NCBI GenBank assembly: GCA_963823035.1
Contig: CAWGKG010000004.1
Span: forward strand, 128,001 to 192,000
From: an uncultured Gemmatimonadales bacterium
GTDB taxonomy: Bacteria > Gemmatimonadota > Gemmatimonadetes > Longimicrobiales > Gaopeijiaceae
Length of the DNA: 64,000 bases
Reading direction: 5' to 3'
Under the pieces are notes generated by a model that did no database searches, was not told where the DNA came from, and worked only from the letters and a program-made list of their open reading frames with translations. Within the stretch, counting starts at the first letter, position 1, and each line of letters opens with the position of its first letter. Of the stretch, positions 42,137 through 52,650 are shown in pieces. The position numbers and the translations under genes are program-made.

Positions 42137-45100
42137 TCAACACGGGAAGCTCCCCGACGCGGGGTGTGCGCCCGTCCCGGACGGCGGTGTAGGACGATGT
42201 CCGGCTGCCGCACGGAGCGCCAGGCGCGCCTCCAGCACGCTTCCGGCTTCGACCACCGTCTCCTCCGGCAGGGCGAGCGTGACGCGCGCGCCGTCCTGGA
42301 GGAGCGCCGCGTCCACCTCGCCCCCGTCGAGGCGCACCATGACGCCGCGCGCGACGTGGCGCCCCGGGAGCGTGACGCTCCAGGTGCGCAGGGCCAGCCG
42401 CCCCCGGCGGACCTCGAGCGCGCAGGTCTGCGCCGCGTCCGTGCGCTCCTGGCGATAGCTGCCCCATCCCTCCGCGGCCGTGAAGGCCGAGCGGAAGTCC
42501 TCCGGCGTGATCCGGGGCGCGAAGCCGATGGTGGCCGTCGGGGCCGTGGTACTCGAAGCCCGCACAGGCCGGTGAAGACGCCCCAGCTCGCCATGCGCGC
42601 GGGCGTAGTGGTCGCCGCACTCGATCTCGTTCCACGGGTTGTGCTCGCGCCGGGTGGTAGCGCTCGTGGATCGCCGCGGCAGATCGCGAGCGCTTCGGTG
42701 AGCATCCCCTCCCAGGCCATGTGGCCGGCCACCTGGTACTCGATGCCCGGTCCAGATCTCGTTGCGGTAGCGCGTGGAGCGCGGGCCCAGGTGCTGCGCT
42801 CTTGGGCCAGGTGCAGGTGAACAGCCCCGCCTCGCCCGGGGTAGGCGAACCAGCGCTCCGGCGCGTGCGCCTCGTTCTGCGGGCCCACGTCGGGCGCCCA
42901 GCTGTACTTCCAGATCGAGGCCAGCGCGCTCTTCACGGTCTTCCTCGGGATAGAGGTAGCCGAGCCCGACCTGGTGGGCCCAGCCCTGCCCGAAGAGCTG
43001 GTCGGCGAGGCACCCGTCGCCGTACTGCCAGTCGGGGTGCTCGGTCAGGTCGACCTCCTGGACGAAGTACTCGCCGTCGAAGAGCGTCTCGACCGAGCGC
43101 GCGCTGCCCGCGTCTCGAAGATGCGTCGGCACGTCGCGGCGAACTCGCGGTCGCCCACGTCGCGGGCCATCTCCTCGGCCGCGCGCAGCGCGCCCAGGTA
43201 GAGCGAGCCGACCATCGTGTTCGGGCCGTAGTAGTTCTTGTCGTAGGTCTGGTGCTGCTGCCCCTCGATCAGGCCGTCCGCGTCGGCGTCCTGGGCGATG
43301 AGGAACTCCGTCGCCTTGCGCACGGCGGGCCAGACCGCGTCGCAGGAAGGCGCCGTCGGCCGAGACCTGGTGCTCCCGCAGCGCCTTGAGCACGTAGCCG
43401 CCCTGGGCGTCGCCGGCCCAGAGCGTCCACCCTTCGCCGCGGAAGCCGATCGCGCCCGGACTCGGGGTAGAAGCCCACGCCGGGCGCGAAGTCCTGCATC
43501 TCGCGCACGGAGCGCTCCAGCTCGGGGAAGAGGCGGGCCATCGCGTGCTCGTAGTTCCAGACATGGCCGCAGGTGCCCGGGCAGCAGCCGCCGCCCTCCC
43601 ACGCCCAGAACCGCCCGTTCTCCCACCACTGGCAGGTGTCGGTGGCCAGGTTCGCGACCGTCGAATGCAGCCGGTCGAGGAGCCAGTAGGGCAGCGTGGA
43701 CGTCGTACCAGGTGTCGTGCCAGAGCCGTGTCGCGTCCGTGAGCCGATCCAGGTCGCCGCGCCACGTAGCGCGCGACCGCGCCCGCGTCGTCGAAGCGCG
43801 CGGCGTAGCGGTTGCCGACGCGCTCCTGGTTGCGGTAGAGGTTGGGCAGGTGCCAGGCCACCACGAACGACGAAGGTCTCCTCGGCCCGCGCTCGAGCGT
43901 CCGCGTGCGGCCCGCGCCGCCGCCGCAGCGATCTCGCCGAAGGGCCTCTCGCGCGGACCGGCGGCTGCCGGCCAGCGCGGCGGCACGCCGCCGCGCCCGT
44001 CCGGCCGAGCGACGGCCGTGCGAATCGCCTCGCCGACCACGGCCAGGCACATCGTGCCCGCAGTCCGGCCACGAGCGCGAAGGGCCCGGGATCGGCGACG
44101 CGGGGGGTGTCGCGGAGCTCGATCTGGTCGACGTTCACGTGGCCCCAGTCGCCCGACTGCGCGTCGACGATCTCGAAGTGCGCGGTCCTTCCCCGCAGGT
44201 CGGCCACGTCCCAGTTCGCGCGGTGAGCCGCTCCGTGCTCCGGCCGGTCTCGGTGCGCACGACCTCGCCGTCGACCACCAGGTTGAGGCAGGCCCGGTCC
44301 GGGTGGCGCCCGCCGCCGATGAGGAAGGAGATCCACCGCCGCTCGATCGTGAACGCCGGGGAGGTGAGCTTGCCGTGCGGGTCGTCGCCGCCGAGGTAGG
44401 TGTTGACCAGCCCTTCGCCCTCGAAGCCGGCCACGGGGTTCTGGTTCACGCAGCGTGCCGTGCGCGGGGCCGGAGCCGAAGGCCGTCCCCTCGACCGTCC
44501 AGTCGCCGTAGCCCTCGCCCTCGAAGTCGGCGAAGACGAGCGGCGGGCGCGCCGGGGGCGCCGGGCGGGAGCTCGCCGCTCCCGCGCCGTGAGGAGGACG
44601 CCGGTCAGGCCCGTCGCGCCGCGAGCGGCTCGTTCACGCGCAGGACGCGGTCGCCGAAGTCGCGGCCGCTGTCGCGGCAGAGCGACGTTCTCCAGCCACC
44701 CGGCCAGCGTCACCTCGGCCGGCGCGTCGGACCGGTGTTGCGCACGGTGTAGCGCAGCACCGTGGCGGGCAGCGCCGAGTCGTCCGCGCTCAGCGGGATG
44801 AAGGGGCTGAACGCCTCCAGGGAGCACGGTCACCGGGAGCGCCGGGTCCGCGTACTCGACGTGCCCGATCGGGTACTCGCCGTTGAAGCGCACGCCGGGG
44901 AAGCCCGCGGCGTCGAGCGTGCGGTCCGTGGTGGCGTTCCCGTGCGCACGCGCAGCGCGAAGCCCTGGTCGACGGGCGCGACGTCCGTCAGCTCCCCGCC
45001 CAGCACCGTCTGCTCGGGCGGCCGTCCCGCGGTGTAGTTGTGCAGCCCGTAGCCGGTGTTCTGGTTGCGGTTGAAGACGTCCCAGTACGTGAGCCGCCCG

Positions 45101-45446
45101 TCGCCGGTGAGGTAGACCTGGCCGGCGCCGATGCCGCCGACCGGCATCCCGATCGTGCGCAGCTCCTCCCCCGTGTACCAGGCGCGCTCACCGCGCGCGA
45201 AGAGCGTCCGTATCCATGCGGCGACAGCTTCTTGTCCGCCGGCACGAAGTGGTCGGGGATCTCCTGGCGGAGGAAGGGTCCGGCGATGGCCTGCAGCGGC
45301 GAGGCCGACAACGCCAGCCCCGCGCCACCGAGCGCGCTCGTCTTCACGAACTGGCGCCGGTCGAGGGAGATCGGCGTCGGCATGCCGGCGCCGGCTGCGC
45401 CGCCCGAGCAACACCCGTCGTCGCACCCGCAGCCGCGCTCGCTCAT
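42137..45446 (-). CDS. Tat-exported GH116-family glycoside hydrolase, many frameshifts
   Basis: DRRQFVK signal, VPADKKL, IGMPVGGIGAGQVYLTGDGRL, FWAWEG..CCPGTCGHVWNYEHA, GCLADQLFGQ, NPWNEIECGDHYAR across several frames; 3' end approximate. Confidence 0.82.
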
Positions 45447-45543
45447 GGAAGCTCCTCGCGGCGGGCCCCTCCGGCCCGGCCGCTGCCGATGGGATGGCGC
45501 TCGCTGACCTTCACGGGGAGCCGGCCCGCGGACCTCCACGCGC

Positions 45544-47139
45544 TCACGACCCCTCCGCGCGCCGCAGCGACGGCCGTTTCACGTGCCAGCGCTGTCGCAG
45601 TCGTATCGAATCGAGCCCGAGGGACCTGCCCGAAGAGAAGGGATGGGCGCCCGCCGCCTCGAAGCGCAGCGTGTGCGTGCCCGGTGTCAGCTCGTAGCTG
45701 CCCAGGTACCAGTCGTGCACCTCGACCCCCTCGGCGTAGAGGTCGGTCGGGCCCTGCGGGTTCCACTCCGGGTAGTCCGCGAGCCGCGTGACCTCCGTGC
45801 CGTCGAGGAAGACGCGCCACCGGCCGTAGTCGGGCGCGTGCGTCAGGCGCAGGACCAGCCCCGAGCGCTCCGCCGTCTCCACCTGGAAGTCCGTCTCCAG
45901 GAAGGCGTCCGGCGTCGAGGGCGTGAAGAGGAGCTGGCCGTCGCCGCTCCAGTCGTAGCCCTGCTGCAACTCGACGGAGCCGGGTGAGTGACGCGCATCC
46001 GCCTTGAGCGCCCTTCCCCCGATCACCACGCGGTCGAGGTCGGGAAAGCGCCGCTCGGCGAGCGGCGGGAAGCCCGACGTCCGCGTCGCAGGGCCCTCCT
46101 GGTACCAGAACGCCACGGTCGCGATGTCGTCCTCGCGGGCGACGTGGCCGTCCACCTCGCCGGTCTCCGTCTCGTCGGCCGACATCCACCCGGTGTGCTC
46201 GAACTCGAAGCGCAGCGACTTCGTGAAGCGGATCGGGTCGTCCACGTGCCACCGGTACATGGTGGCGCGCATCCCCAGGTTGGAGGGGTCGTCGCTCAGG
46301 TACGTGCACCCGAAGTAGGGCCAGGAGTGTGCGTCGAGCCCCCACGCCGAGAGGAAGTAGTCCTCGGTGCCGGTGCCCTGGATCGACGGGAGGGTGTCGC
46401 CGTCCACGTAGATGCGGGCGTCGCCCTCGCCGAACCAGTAGGGGGAGCGCGCCTGCACGGACATGACCGTGCCCACGTAGTGGCCGCGCCCCTCCGTCTC
46501 GAGCACGAGGTAGTCCTCGCCGAGCTGCTCGGGGAACGCGCGCCGGTAGCGGGCGTTGAAGTAGGCCGTGCCCTCGGGGAGCGCGTCCATCGCGGTGTAG
46601 TCGATCTGGTAGTAGAAGGAGCGCGCCCGCTGGGTGCCCTCGTTCGTGACCGTGATCACGCCGTGCCGTCGGAAGGGCATCTGCCAGAAGGCGTTGTAGG
46701 CGTCGCCGTCCTCGACCTGGACGGGCACGGAGCGCACCTCGCGTCGGAGGCCGAATCCGGCGGCGAAGAAGTCGCCGAGGGGCGCCTCCACCGCGGGCTG
46801 CTCGGCGTCGTCCCACACCATGCGCAGCACGAGCTCGTCCGGCGCGGCCGCCCCGTTCGCCTCCAGCCAGCTCGGGCGCGCCTCCGCGAAGGTGAGCCAG
46901 ATGTGCTGGATCACCGCGGGGCCGCGGAGGTCGGCCAGCACCATCGTCTCCCCGGGCTGGATGTAGGTGCGCCGGTCGAGGTTGCTGGCGAAGTCCGGAT
47001 CGGAGGAGCTCACGGCCCGGCTCGCGCCCGGCCGGACGCGCGTCAGGTCGGCGAGCCCGCCGCTCTGCGCCGCGAGGGCGGCCGGAGCCGCCAGGCAGGC
47101 CAGGAACAGGGCGGACGCTCGAAAGCGCGGCGCGGGCAT
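45544..47139 (-). CDS. Secreted DUF2961 / GH172 glycoside hydrolase with C-terminal CBM-like domain
   Basis: Intact 531 aa; GPAVIQHIW, VEAPLGDFF, GRGHYVG, WFGEGD..GTGTEDYF, YRWHVDDPIRF. Confidence 0.9.
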   Translation of the reverse strand: MPAPRFRASALFLACLAAPAALAAQSGGLADLTRVRPGASRAVSSSDPDFASNLDRRTYIQPGETMVLADLRGPAVIQHIWLTFAEARPSWLEANGAAAPDELVLRMVWDDAEQPAVEAPLGDFFAAGFGLRREVRSVPVQVEDGDAYNAFWQMPFRRHGVITVTNEGTQRARSFYYQIDYTAMDALPEGTAYFNARYRRAFPEQLGEDYLVLETEGRGHYVGTVMSVQARSPYWFGEGDARIYVDGDTLPSIQGTGTEDYFLSAWGLDAHSWPYFGCTYLSDDPSNLGMRATMYRWHVDDPIRFTKSLRFEFEHTGWMSADETETGEVDGHVAREDDIATVAFWYQEGPATRTSGFPPLAERRFPDLDRVVIGGRALKADARHSPGSVELQQGYDWSGDGQLLFTPSTPDAFLETDFQVETAERSGLVLRLTHAPDYGRWRVFLDGTEVTRLADYPEWNPQGPTDLYAEGVEVHDWYLGSYELTPGTHTLRFEAAGAHPFSSGRSLGLDSIRLRQRWHVKRPSLRRAEGS

Positions 47140-47183
47140 GGACTCCCTCCTTCTGTGGATGCGAGCGCGCCGGGCCTATCGCC

Positions 47184-49124
47184 TCAACGCGCCTCCTCCA
47201 GGATCAGCCGGTCGATGCGGAAGGCCGTTCGGCCCTCCACGGCGCGGGTCCGCACGGTGATCGAGCGGGCCTGCGGCGTCAGCTCGATCTCCCCGATGTC
47301 GGCCGCCTCGACGCGCTCCTCCTCCCCGGCGAAGGCGTCCGCCCAGGCCGAGAGCTGCGTCTGGCGGCGCCACACCGAGAAGCTTCCCGTGTCGGGCCCT
47401 CGCCGGTAGGACAGCTTCACGCGATAGCGGCCCGGGGGAAGGGCCGACACGTCGAAGCGCACCAGGCCGTTCTGCTCCGCCCGCACCTCGAGCGCCCCGC
47501 CGACGTAGGAGATCGCCGTGCCGCCGCCCAGCGACAGCTCCATGAGCTGCGGGTAGAAGACGTGCGTGGCCGGTGGGCGGGGCGGGGGTGGCGCGGCGGA
47601 CGGGTCCATCGACGCCGTGGGCGGCATGTCGCCGTAGTGGAAGGTCACCGACGTGTAGTCCACCGGCACCCGGTTGCCCTCGGGCCCGTGTTCGATCGTC
47701 TGACGCAGATGCCCTTCGAAGGACACCTTGTCCGCCATGTAGAAGCGGTAGCCGCCCGTCCGGGACAGGGGCAGGCTGTAGTCGAGCGCTCCGTGCAAGG
47801 GGAGGCTCATCCCCCGGTCCCACCGGTCGAGGAGGGCGTACCACCCTCCGTTGAAGTAGTCCTCCGAGCCGGTGCCGTGCAGGCGCATCTCACCGTCCAC
47901 GGTGGTCACGTCGTCGCCCTCGAAGAACGCCGTCATCCCGGGCTGGAGGCCCTGGGCCTGGAGGAGCGTACCGACCTGGTGGCCCCGGCCGCGCGCGTCG
48001 AGGAGAAGGTACGGCTCGCCTTCGGCCGGATCGCGCTCGCGGCGCCAGGTGGCGTAGAGGCGGCCCTCGGTGTCGGGGTCGCGCGCATCCTCCGTGTAGA
48101 AGACGCGCGCGGTGCCGCGTGTCGGCCCGCTTTCGGAGGGGAGGGCGCGCAGCGCGATCGAGGCCGACCGGTCGAAGGGCATCGGGAGGTAGGCATAGTC
48201 CCGCCCCGCGTCCGAGCCGAGGAGGAGGCTCTGCGCGGCCGGCTCGCCGAAGGCGTAGCCGAAGAAGTCGTTCGCCGGACTCAGGATCGCGGGCGCCGCC
48301 TCGCTGTCCCAGCGCCCTTCGAGGAGCACGCCGGGGCCGCGCAGCGGCGCCCCGGCCGGGCGCTCCAACTCGATGCCGACGATCCGTCCGCCCCCTTCCC
48401 GTCGGAAAAGCTCGACCGAGTCGCCGGGCGCCACGTCGAAGGCGCGCTCGGAGACCTGCACCGTGCGCTCGTCGAACGGGCGGCGCCCGGGTCGGCTCCA
48501 CGCCTGCGCGACCCTTGCCGCCGCGCGCGCGGCTACCTCCGACAGCGGCACCCGGAGCGACGTCGCGCGCGTCCCCGCGGTGAGGGTCCGGTACTGGATC
48601 TGGTGGAAGCGGATGTCGTCGCCCTCGTAGACGATCGTCAGCGAGCGGGCGTAGGGGATCGGGAAGTAGCAGTAGTAGCCGCCGACCTCGTTGCCGACGA
48701 TGGGGCGCAGGAACGGGGGCTGCTCCCCGCTGAACAGGTCGACGAAGGGGAGGCGCAGCCGTGGCTCGGACTCGCCGTCGAAGTAGAAGGCGACCATCCG
48801 CTCGGTAGGCGTGGGCGTCCAGATGCGCTCGACCACGCCGGGGCCGACGAGGTCGGCGAGAACGCGCGCGTCGCCCTCCCGGCGGATCGAGGAGTAGGTG
48901 CCGTCGAAGCCGTCGTCGTTGCCGCCCGTGGTGTCGTAGGACGACACCTGGGAGACGATCGAGCCGCTGCGGTAGCGGGGGAGCAGGTCGACCCGCTCGA
49001 GCTGGCGCAGCTCGGACACCACATCGACGTCGGCCGTGCTCTGGGCCTGGAGCGACCACGCGCCGCCGACGAGCGACAGCGCTACGAGCACTGCGACCCG
49101 TGGTCCGGCGTACCCCCCTGCCAC
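47184..49124 (-). CDS. Second secreted DUF2961 / GH172 glycoside hydrolase
   Basis: Signal peptide, SSYDTTGGNDDGF, GPGVVERIWTP, GRGHQVG, FFEGDD..HGTGSEDYFNGGWY, IEHGPEGN; start approximate. Confidence 0.88.
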   Translation of the reverse strand: MAGGYAGPRVAVLVALSLVGGAWSLQAQSTADVDVVSELRQLERVDLLPRYRSGSIVSQVSSYDTTGGNDDGFDGTYSSIRREGDARVLADLVGPGVVERIWTPTPTERMVAFYFDGESEPRLRLPFVDLFSGEQPPFLRPIVGNEVGGYYCYFPIPYARSLTIVYEGDDIRFHQIQYRTLTAGTRATSLRVPLSEVAARAAARVAQAWSRPGRRPFDERTVQVSERAFDVAPGDSVELFRREGGGRIVGIELERPAGAPLRGPGVLLEGRWDSEAAPAILSPANDFFGYAFGEPAAQSLLLGSDAGRDYAYLPMPFDRSASIALRALPSESGPTRGTARVFYTEDARDPDTEGRLYATWRRERDPAEGEPYLLLDARGRGHQVGTLLQAQGLQPGMTAFFEGDDVTTVDGEMRLHGTGSEDYFNGGWYALLDRWDRGMSLPLHGALDYSLPLSRTGGYRFYMADKVSFEGHLRQTIEHGPEGNRVPVDYTSVTFHYGDMPPTASMDPSAAPPPPRPPATHVFYPQLMELSLGGGTAISYVGGALEVRAEQNGLVRFDVSALPPGRYRVKLSYRRGPDTGSFSVWRRQTQLSAWADAFAGEEERVEAADIGEIELTPQARSITVRTRAVEGRTAFRIDRLILEEAR

Positions 49125-49132
49125 GGCGCCGC

Positions 49133-50653
49133 TCAGCCCCGCCGCCCGAGGATGCGGACGCGGAAGCCCATCTCGCGGGACAGCGCCACCATCTCCTCGA
49201 AAACGTCGCCGTACGCCACCGCGATGTGGTTGGACTCGTAGTGCGCCATGATCGTGTCGCGGGTCACGCCCAGGTCGGCGGACATGAACGGCCACTGGCG
49301 CGTGGTGCCCTCCCACCAGGCGTCCCGCTTCGCGGGCGGCAGCTGCACGACCTCCCCGCGGCCGATGTCCATCCACAGCACGTCGTCGCGGATGTAGCAG
49401 CGCGACCAGGTCACGTCGCCCGCGAGGCTCTCCCCGGCGAACGTGCCGCCGGGCACGGGGAAGTACCCCGCGGGCTGCCGGTAGCTGTGCACGCCCGCGA
49501 GCGTGTCCGGGTCGTGGTTGAAGGCGTACGCCCCGCACGAGCCCGAGTTGAGGAGCACCCACACGAAGCGACCGTCGTGCTCGCCGCCCCAGCGTACGTC
49601 GTGGAACATGACCGCCTGGTGCAGCCCCTTCGCCGCGAGCAGGCGCTTCATCATCTCCATCGGCACCGCGTTGCCCTGGTCCGCCTCGGTGGCGGTGGCG
49701 ACCGTGTCGCCGTTCGACTCGGGGCGGCACGTCGAGTTGAACAGCCCCTCGGCGAAGTCCGACGGCGGACGCAGCGGCAGTAGCCCGAGCTGGTACTGCC
49801 AGCCCAGGCAGTCGGCCTTGTACTCGTCGATCATGTCGAGGACGGCCAGGTAGTCGCGCAGCTGCTCGCGGGTGGCGCCCTCCGTGAAGTCGGTTCCGCC
49901 CTCCTCGCCCCAGTGGAAGTTCACGCCCCGGTCCTTCACGAAGGCGAGCGCGTCGTCCATGCGCGCCTCCGCGATGCCTCGGCCGCGGTCGATGATCCAG
50001 GCCTGGTCGATCTTGTGCTCGGTGAAGCCGTGGCGGTTCAGGAGGCGCGGCCCGAAGTAGCCGTTGATCATCCCCATGGAGGTGTCGCCGAGCATGAGGA
50101 TGAGGGCGCGCCGGTCCTGGAAGCCTTGTGCGACACGAGCGGCCAGCGCGGCCGCCTCGGGCGACACGGAGACGTCCGTGGCGATCTCCTCCTCGCCGTA
50201 GACGATCTTGCCGGAGGTGCACCACTCCTCCAGGCGCGCCATGAACGCGTCGTCCGCGGTCCAGTCCGCGGCGTCCGTCCAGACGCGGGAGAACTCCCGC
50301 CCGAGGCTGGTCAGGCACGCGCCCGTGTTCAGGAGCCCCACGAGCCCGGGCCACTGCCCCGAGAAGTTGCTGGCGAGGAGGAGGGGATTGTCCTTCCCGA
50401 CCACACCCTCCGTGGTGTGCGGGCCGTAGAACCAGTGGACGCACACGCCGATCATCGGGTCCTGCACGGGGCCGAGCTTCTCGATGGCGTGATGCGGCTT
50501 CGTGAGGAAGCCCTCGATGCGCCAGGGCTCACGGCCGAGCTTGCGGAGCGCGGCCTCGAGCTGTCCGGTCGCCTCGGTCATGCTCGGCAGGGCGAGCTGG
50601 TTCGGGACGTCCCGCCCGTCTCCCGGCCAGAACAGGGCGATGCGCTGCTTCAC
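49133..50653 (-). CDS. L-fucose/D-arabinose isomerase-like protein
   Basis: NFSGQWPGLVGLLN, SMGMING, DCLGWQYQ, TEADQG and ESNHIAVAYG resemble FucI/AraA-superfamily metal-binding motifs. Confidence 0.72.
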   Translation of the reverse strand: MKQRIALFWPGDGRDVPNQLALPSMTEATGQLEAALRKLGREPWRIEGFLTKPHHAIEKLGPVQDPMIGVCVHWFYGPHTTEGVVGKDNPLLLASNFSGQWPGLVGLLNTGACLTSLGREFSRVWTDAADWTADDAFMARLEEWCTSGKIVYGEEEIATDVSVSPEAAALAARVAQGFQDRRALILMLGDTSMGMINGYFGPRLLNRHGFTEHKIDQAWIIDRGRGIAEARMDDALAFVKDRGVNFHWGEEGGTDFTEGATREQLRDYLAVLDMIDEYKADCLGWQYQLGLLPLRPPSDFAEGLFNSTCRPESNGDTVATATEADQGNAVPMEMMKRLLAAKGLHQAVMFHDVRWGGEHDGRFVWVLLNSGSCGAYAFNHDPDTLAGVHSYRQPAGYFPVPGGTFAGESLAGDVTWSRCYIRDDVLWMDIGRGEVVQLPPAKRDAWWEGTTRQWPFMSADLGVTRDTIMAHYESNHIAVAYGDVFEEMVALSREMGFRVRILGRRG

Positions 50654-50672
50654 GGTCTGCCTCCGGCTGCTG

Positions 50673-51626
50673 TCAGTGGATGGCCTCGCCGCCCTGCGCC
50701 ACGTTGTCCGCGGTGAAGATGCGCGTGCCCAGCGTGATCCGCTTCGGCACCTCCTCCCCGTGCAGGAGACGGAGCGCGACGTCGATCGCGTCCGCGCCGC
50801 CCGTTGGGTAGAGGAACGTGGCGTCCAGGATCCCCTGGGCGACGTACTGCTGGCCCTCCTGCGGGAGGGCGTCGATCCCCACGAACATCATCTCGTCCTG
50901 GCGTCCCGCGGCGCGCGCCGCCAGCCAGGCGCCGTGCGCGCCCGGGTCGTTGTGGGCGTACACCGCGTCGATGTGCGGCTGCGTGGCCAGCGCCGACTCC
51001 ATCTCGGTGCGGGCGTTCGGCTCGAGCCACTCCATCTCGCCCTCGAAGACGACCTGCAGGTCGGGATGGGCCTCCAGGTCGATTCCCTCCAGGAAGCCCT
51101 GGTGGCGGTCCTGTCCGGGCGTGGAGGTCATGAGCCCCTTCAGCTCGACGATGCGTCCCGTGTCGCCCAGCTTATCCGCCAACCAGCGACCGGCCTCGCG
51201 GCCGATGCGCACGTTGTCCGCGCCGATGAAGCAGGTGTACGCGTCTCCCTGCACTTCGCGATCGAGCACGATCACGGGAATCCCGCGCTGGTAGGCGGCG
51301 GCGACCGGGGCGGTGAGGGGCGCGGCCTCCTTCGGGCTGATGATGATCAGGTCGACGCCCTGCTCCATGAACTCCTCGACCTGCGCGCGCTGGGTCAGGG
51401 AGTTGTTCTGGGCGTCCTTGAAGATGACGCGCAGCTCCGGGTGGGCGTCTGCGGCGGCGCGCACGTCGGCGTCCATCTGCACGCGCCACGGCTCACCCAG
51501 GTTGGACTGGCTCATGCCGATGACGAAGGGATCGTCCGCCGTGCCCGCGTGCGGCGTGCGGCCCTCCGAGGCGCAGGCGGCGGCCGCGGCGGCGAGGCAG
51601 AGCGTCAGGAGCGTGCGTGTCGGCAT
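50673..51626 (-). CDS. Sugar ABC transporter substrate-binding lipoprotein (RbsB-like)
   Basis: AAAC lipobox, IGMSQSNLGEPWR, IPVIVLDR, IGADNVRIG, YAHNDPGA, VGIDA. Confidence 0.92.
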   Translation of the reverse strand: MPTRTLLTLCLAAAAAACASEGRTPHAGTADDPFVIGMSQSNLGEPWRVQMDADVRAAADAHPELRVIFKDAQNNSLTQRAQVEEFMEQGVDLIIISPKEAAPLTAPVAAAYQRGIPVIVLDREVQGDAYTCFIGADNVRIGREAGRWLADKLGDTGRIVELKGLMTSTPGQDRHQGFLEGIDLEAHPDLQVVFEGEMEWLEPNARTEMESALATQPHIDAVYAHNDPGAHGAWLAARAAGRQDEMMFVGIDALPQEGQQYVAQGILDATFLYPTGGADAIDVALRLLHGEEVPKRITLGTRIFTADNVAQGGEAIH

Positions 51627-51645
51627 GGGGCGGTGTCCCTCCCGG

Positions 51646-52650
51646 TTATCCCTTGTGTCCGCGCTGGAAGAGTACTGCGCACACGATGATCGCGCCCGTG
51701 AGCATGAGGCGGGTGGCCTCGGGGGCGGCGTTGAGCGAGAGGATCTTCTGCAGGTAGCCGATCGTGAGCACGCCGATGAGCGTGAGCGTCACGCTCCCCC
51801 TGCCGCCGGCGAGCGACGTCCCGCCGATCACGACCATCGCGATCGCGTCGAGCTCGTAGGACATCCCGGTCTCGGGGTCGCCCTGCGTCTCCTGCGCCGC
51901 CTGGCAGATGCCCGCCACCGCGGAGAAGAAGCCCGAGAGCGCATAGGCCGCCACGAGCGTGCGCAGCACGGGCACGCCGGACAGGCGTGCGGCCTCCTCG
52001 TTGCCACCGACGGCGTAGATGTGGCGGCCGAGGCGGAGGCGGGCGAGGACGATCCAGGTCACGAGCACGCAGGCGATGAAGATGACCGTCACGATCGACA
52101 GATTGCCGCCCAGGATCCGGCTGTCGATCAACTCGAAGACGTGGGGCAGGTCCACCACGCGCGACGAGCCGTCGGGCGCGGTGACGTAGTTCGTGATCTT
52201 GCGGCCTCCGGATACGACCTTCGCCAGCCCGCGTGCGAAGACCATCATGGCGAGCGTGACGATGAACGGCTGGATCTTCATGCGCGCCACGAGCAGCCCG
52301 GAGAGGGAGCCGAGCGCGGTGCCCGCCGCCAGCACCACGAGGATCGCGAAGACCGCGGCCTGTCCGGCCGGGAGCGTGAGCCAGGCGAAGGACACGGCCG
52401 AGAGCGCGAGGAGGCTGCTCACCGAGAGGTCGATGCCGGCGCTGATGATGACCACGGTCATCCCGCAGGCCAGGATGCCGTACACGGACACCTGGCGCAG
52501 CATGTCCCGGTGGACGCTCCAGCGGAAGAAGGCGCCGTCCGCGTTGAAGACCGCGCCGATCCCGAGCATGAGCAGGAGGGCGAGGAGCGCGCGCGACTCC
52601 GGGGTACGCATCCAGCGCGCCAGCCTCGATCCGTCGGCTGCGCGGCTCAC
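51646..52650 (-). CDS. Sugar ABC transporter permease (RbsC-like)
   Basis: GMTVVIISAGIDLSV, IQPFIVTLA, IYAVGGNEEAARLSG, YELDAIAMVVIGGTSLAGG. Confidence 0.93.
   Translation of the reverse strand: MSRAADGSRLARWMRTPESRALLALLLMLGIGAVFNADGAFFRWSVHRDMLRQVSVYGILACGMTVVIISAGIDLSVSSLLALSAVSFAWLTLPAGQAAVFAILVVLAAGTALGSLSGLLVARMKIQPFIVTLAMMVFARGLAKVVSGGRKITNYVTAPDGSSRVVDLPHVFELIDSRILGGNLSIVTVIFIACVLVTWIVLARLRLGRHIYAVGGNEEAARLSGVPVLRTLVAAYALSGFFSAVAGICQAAQETQGDPETGMSYELDAIAMVVIGGTSLAGGRGSVTLTLIGVLTIGYLQKILSLNAAPEATRLMLTGAIIVCAVLFQRGHKG

Noticed and set aside
41340..42200. Possible riboswitch or ECF promoter around the TonB-receptor remnant
   Set aside because: No complete cobalamin or other riboswitch core recognised, and promoter spacing is unconvincing; would need an Infernal/Rfam scan
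47184..50444. 1086-aa ORF as a single large GH172 fusion
   Set aside because: The N-terminal ~440 aa is an off-frame overlap of the isomerase gene; the signal peptide begins near 49124
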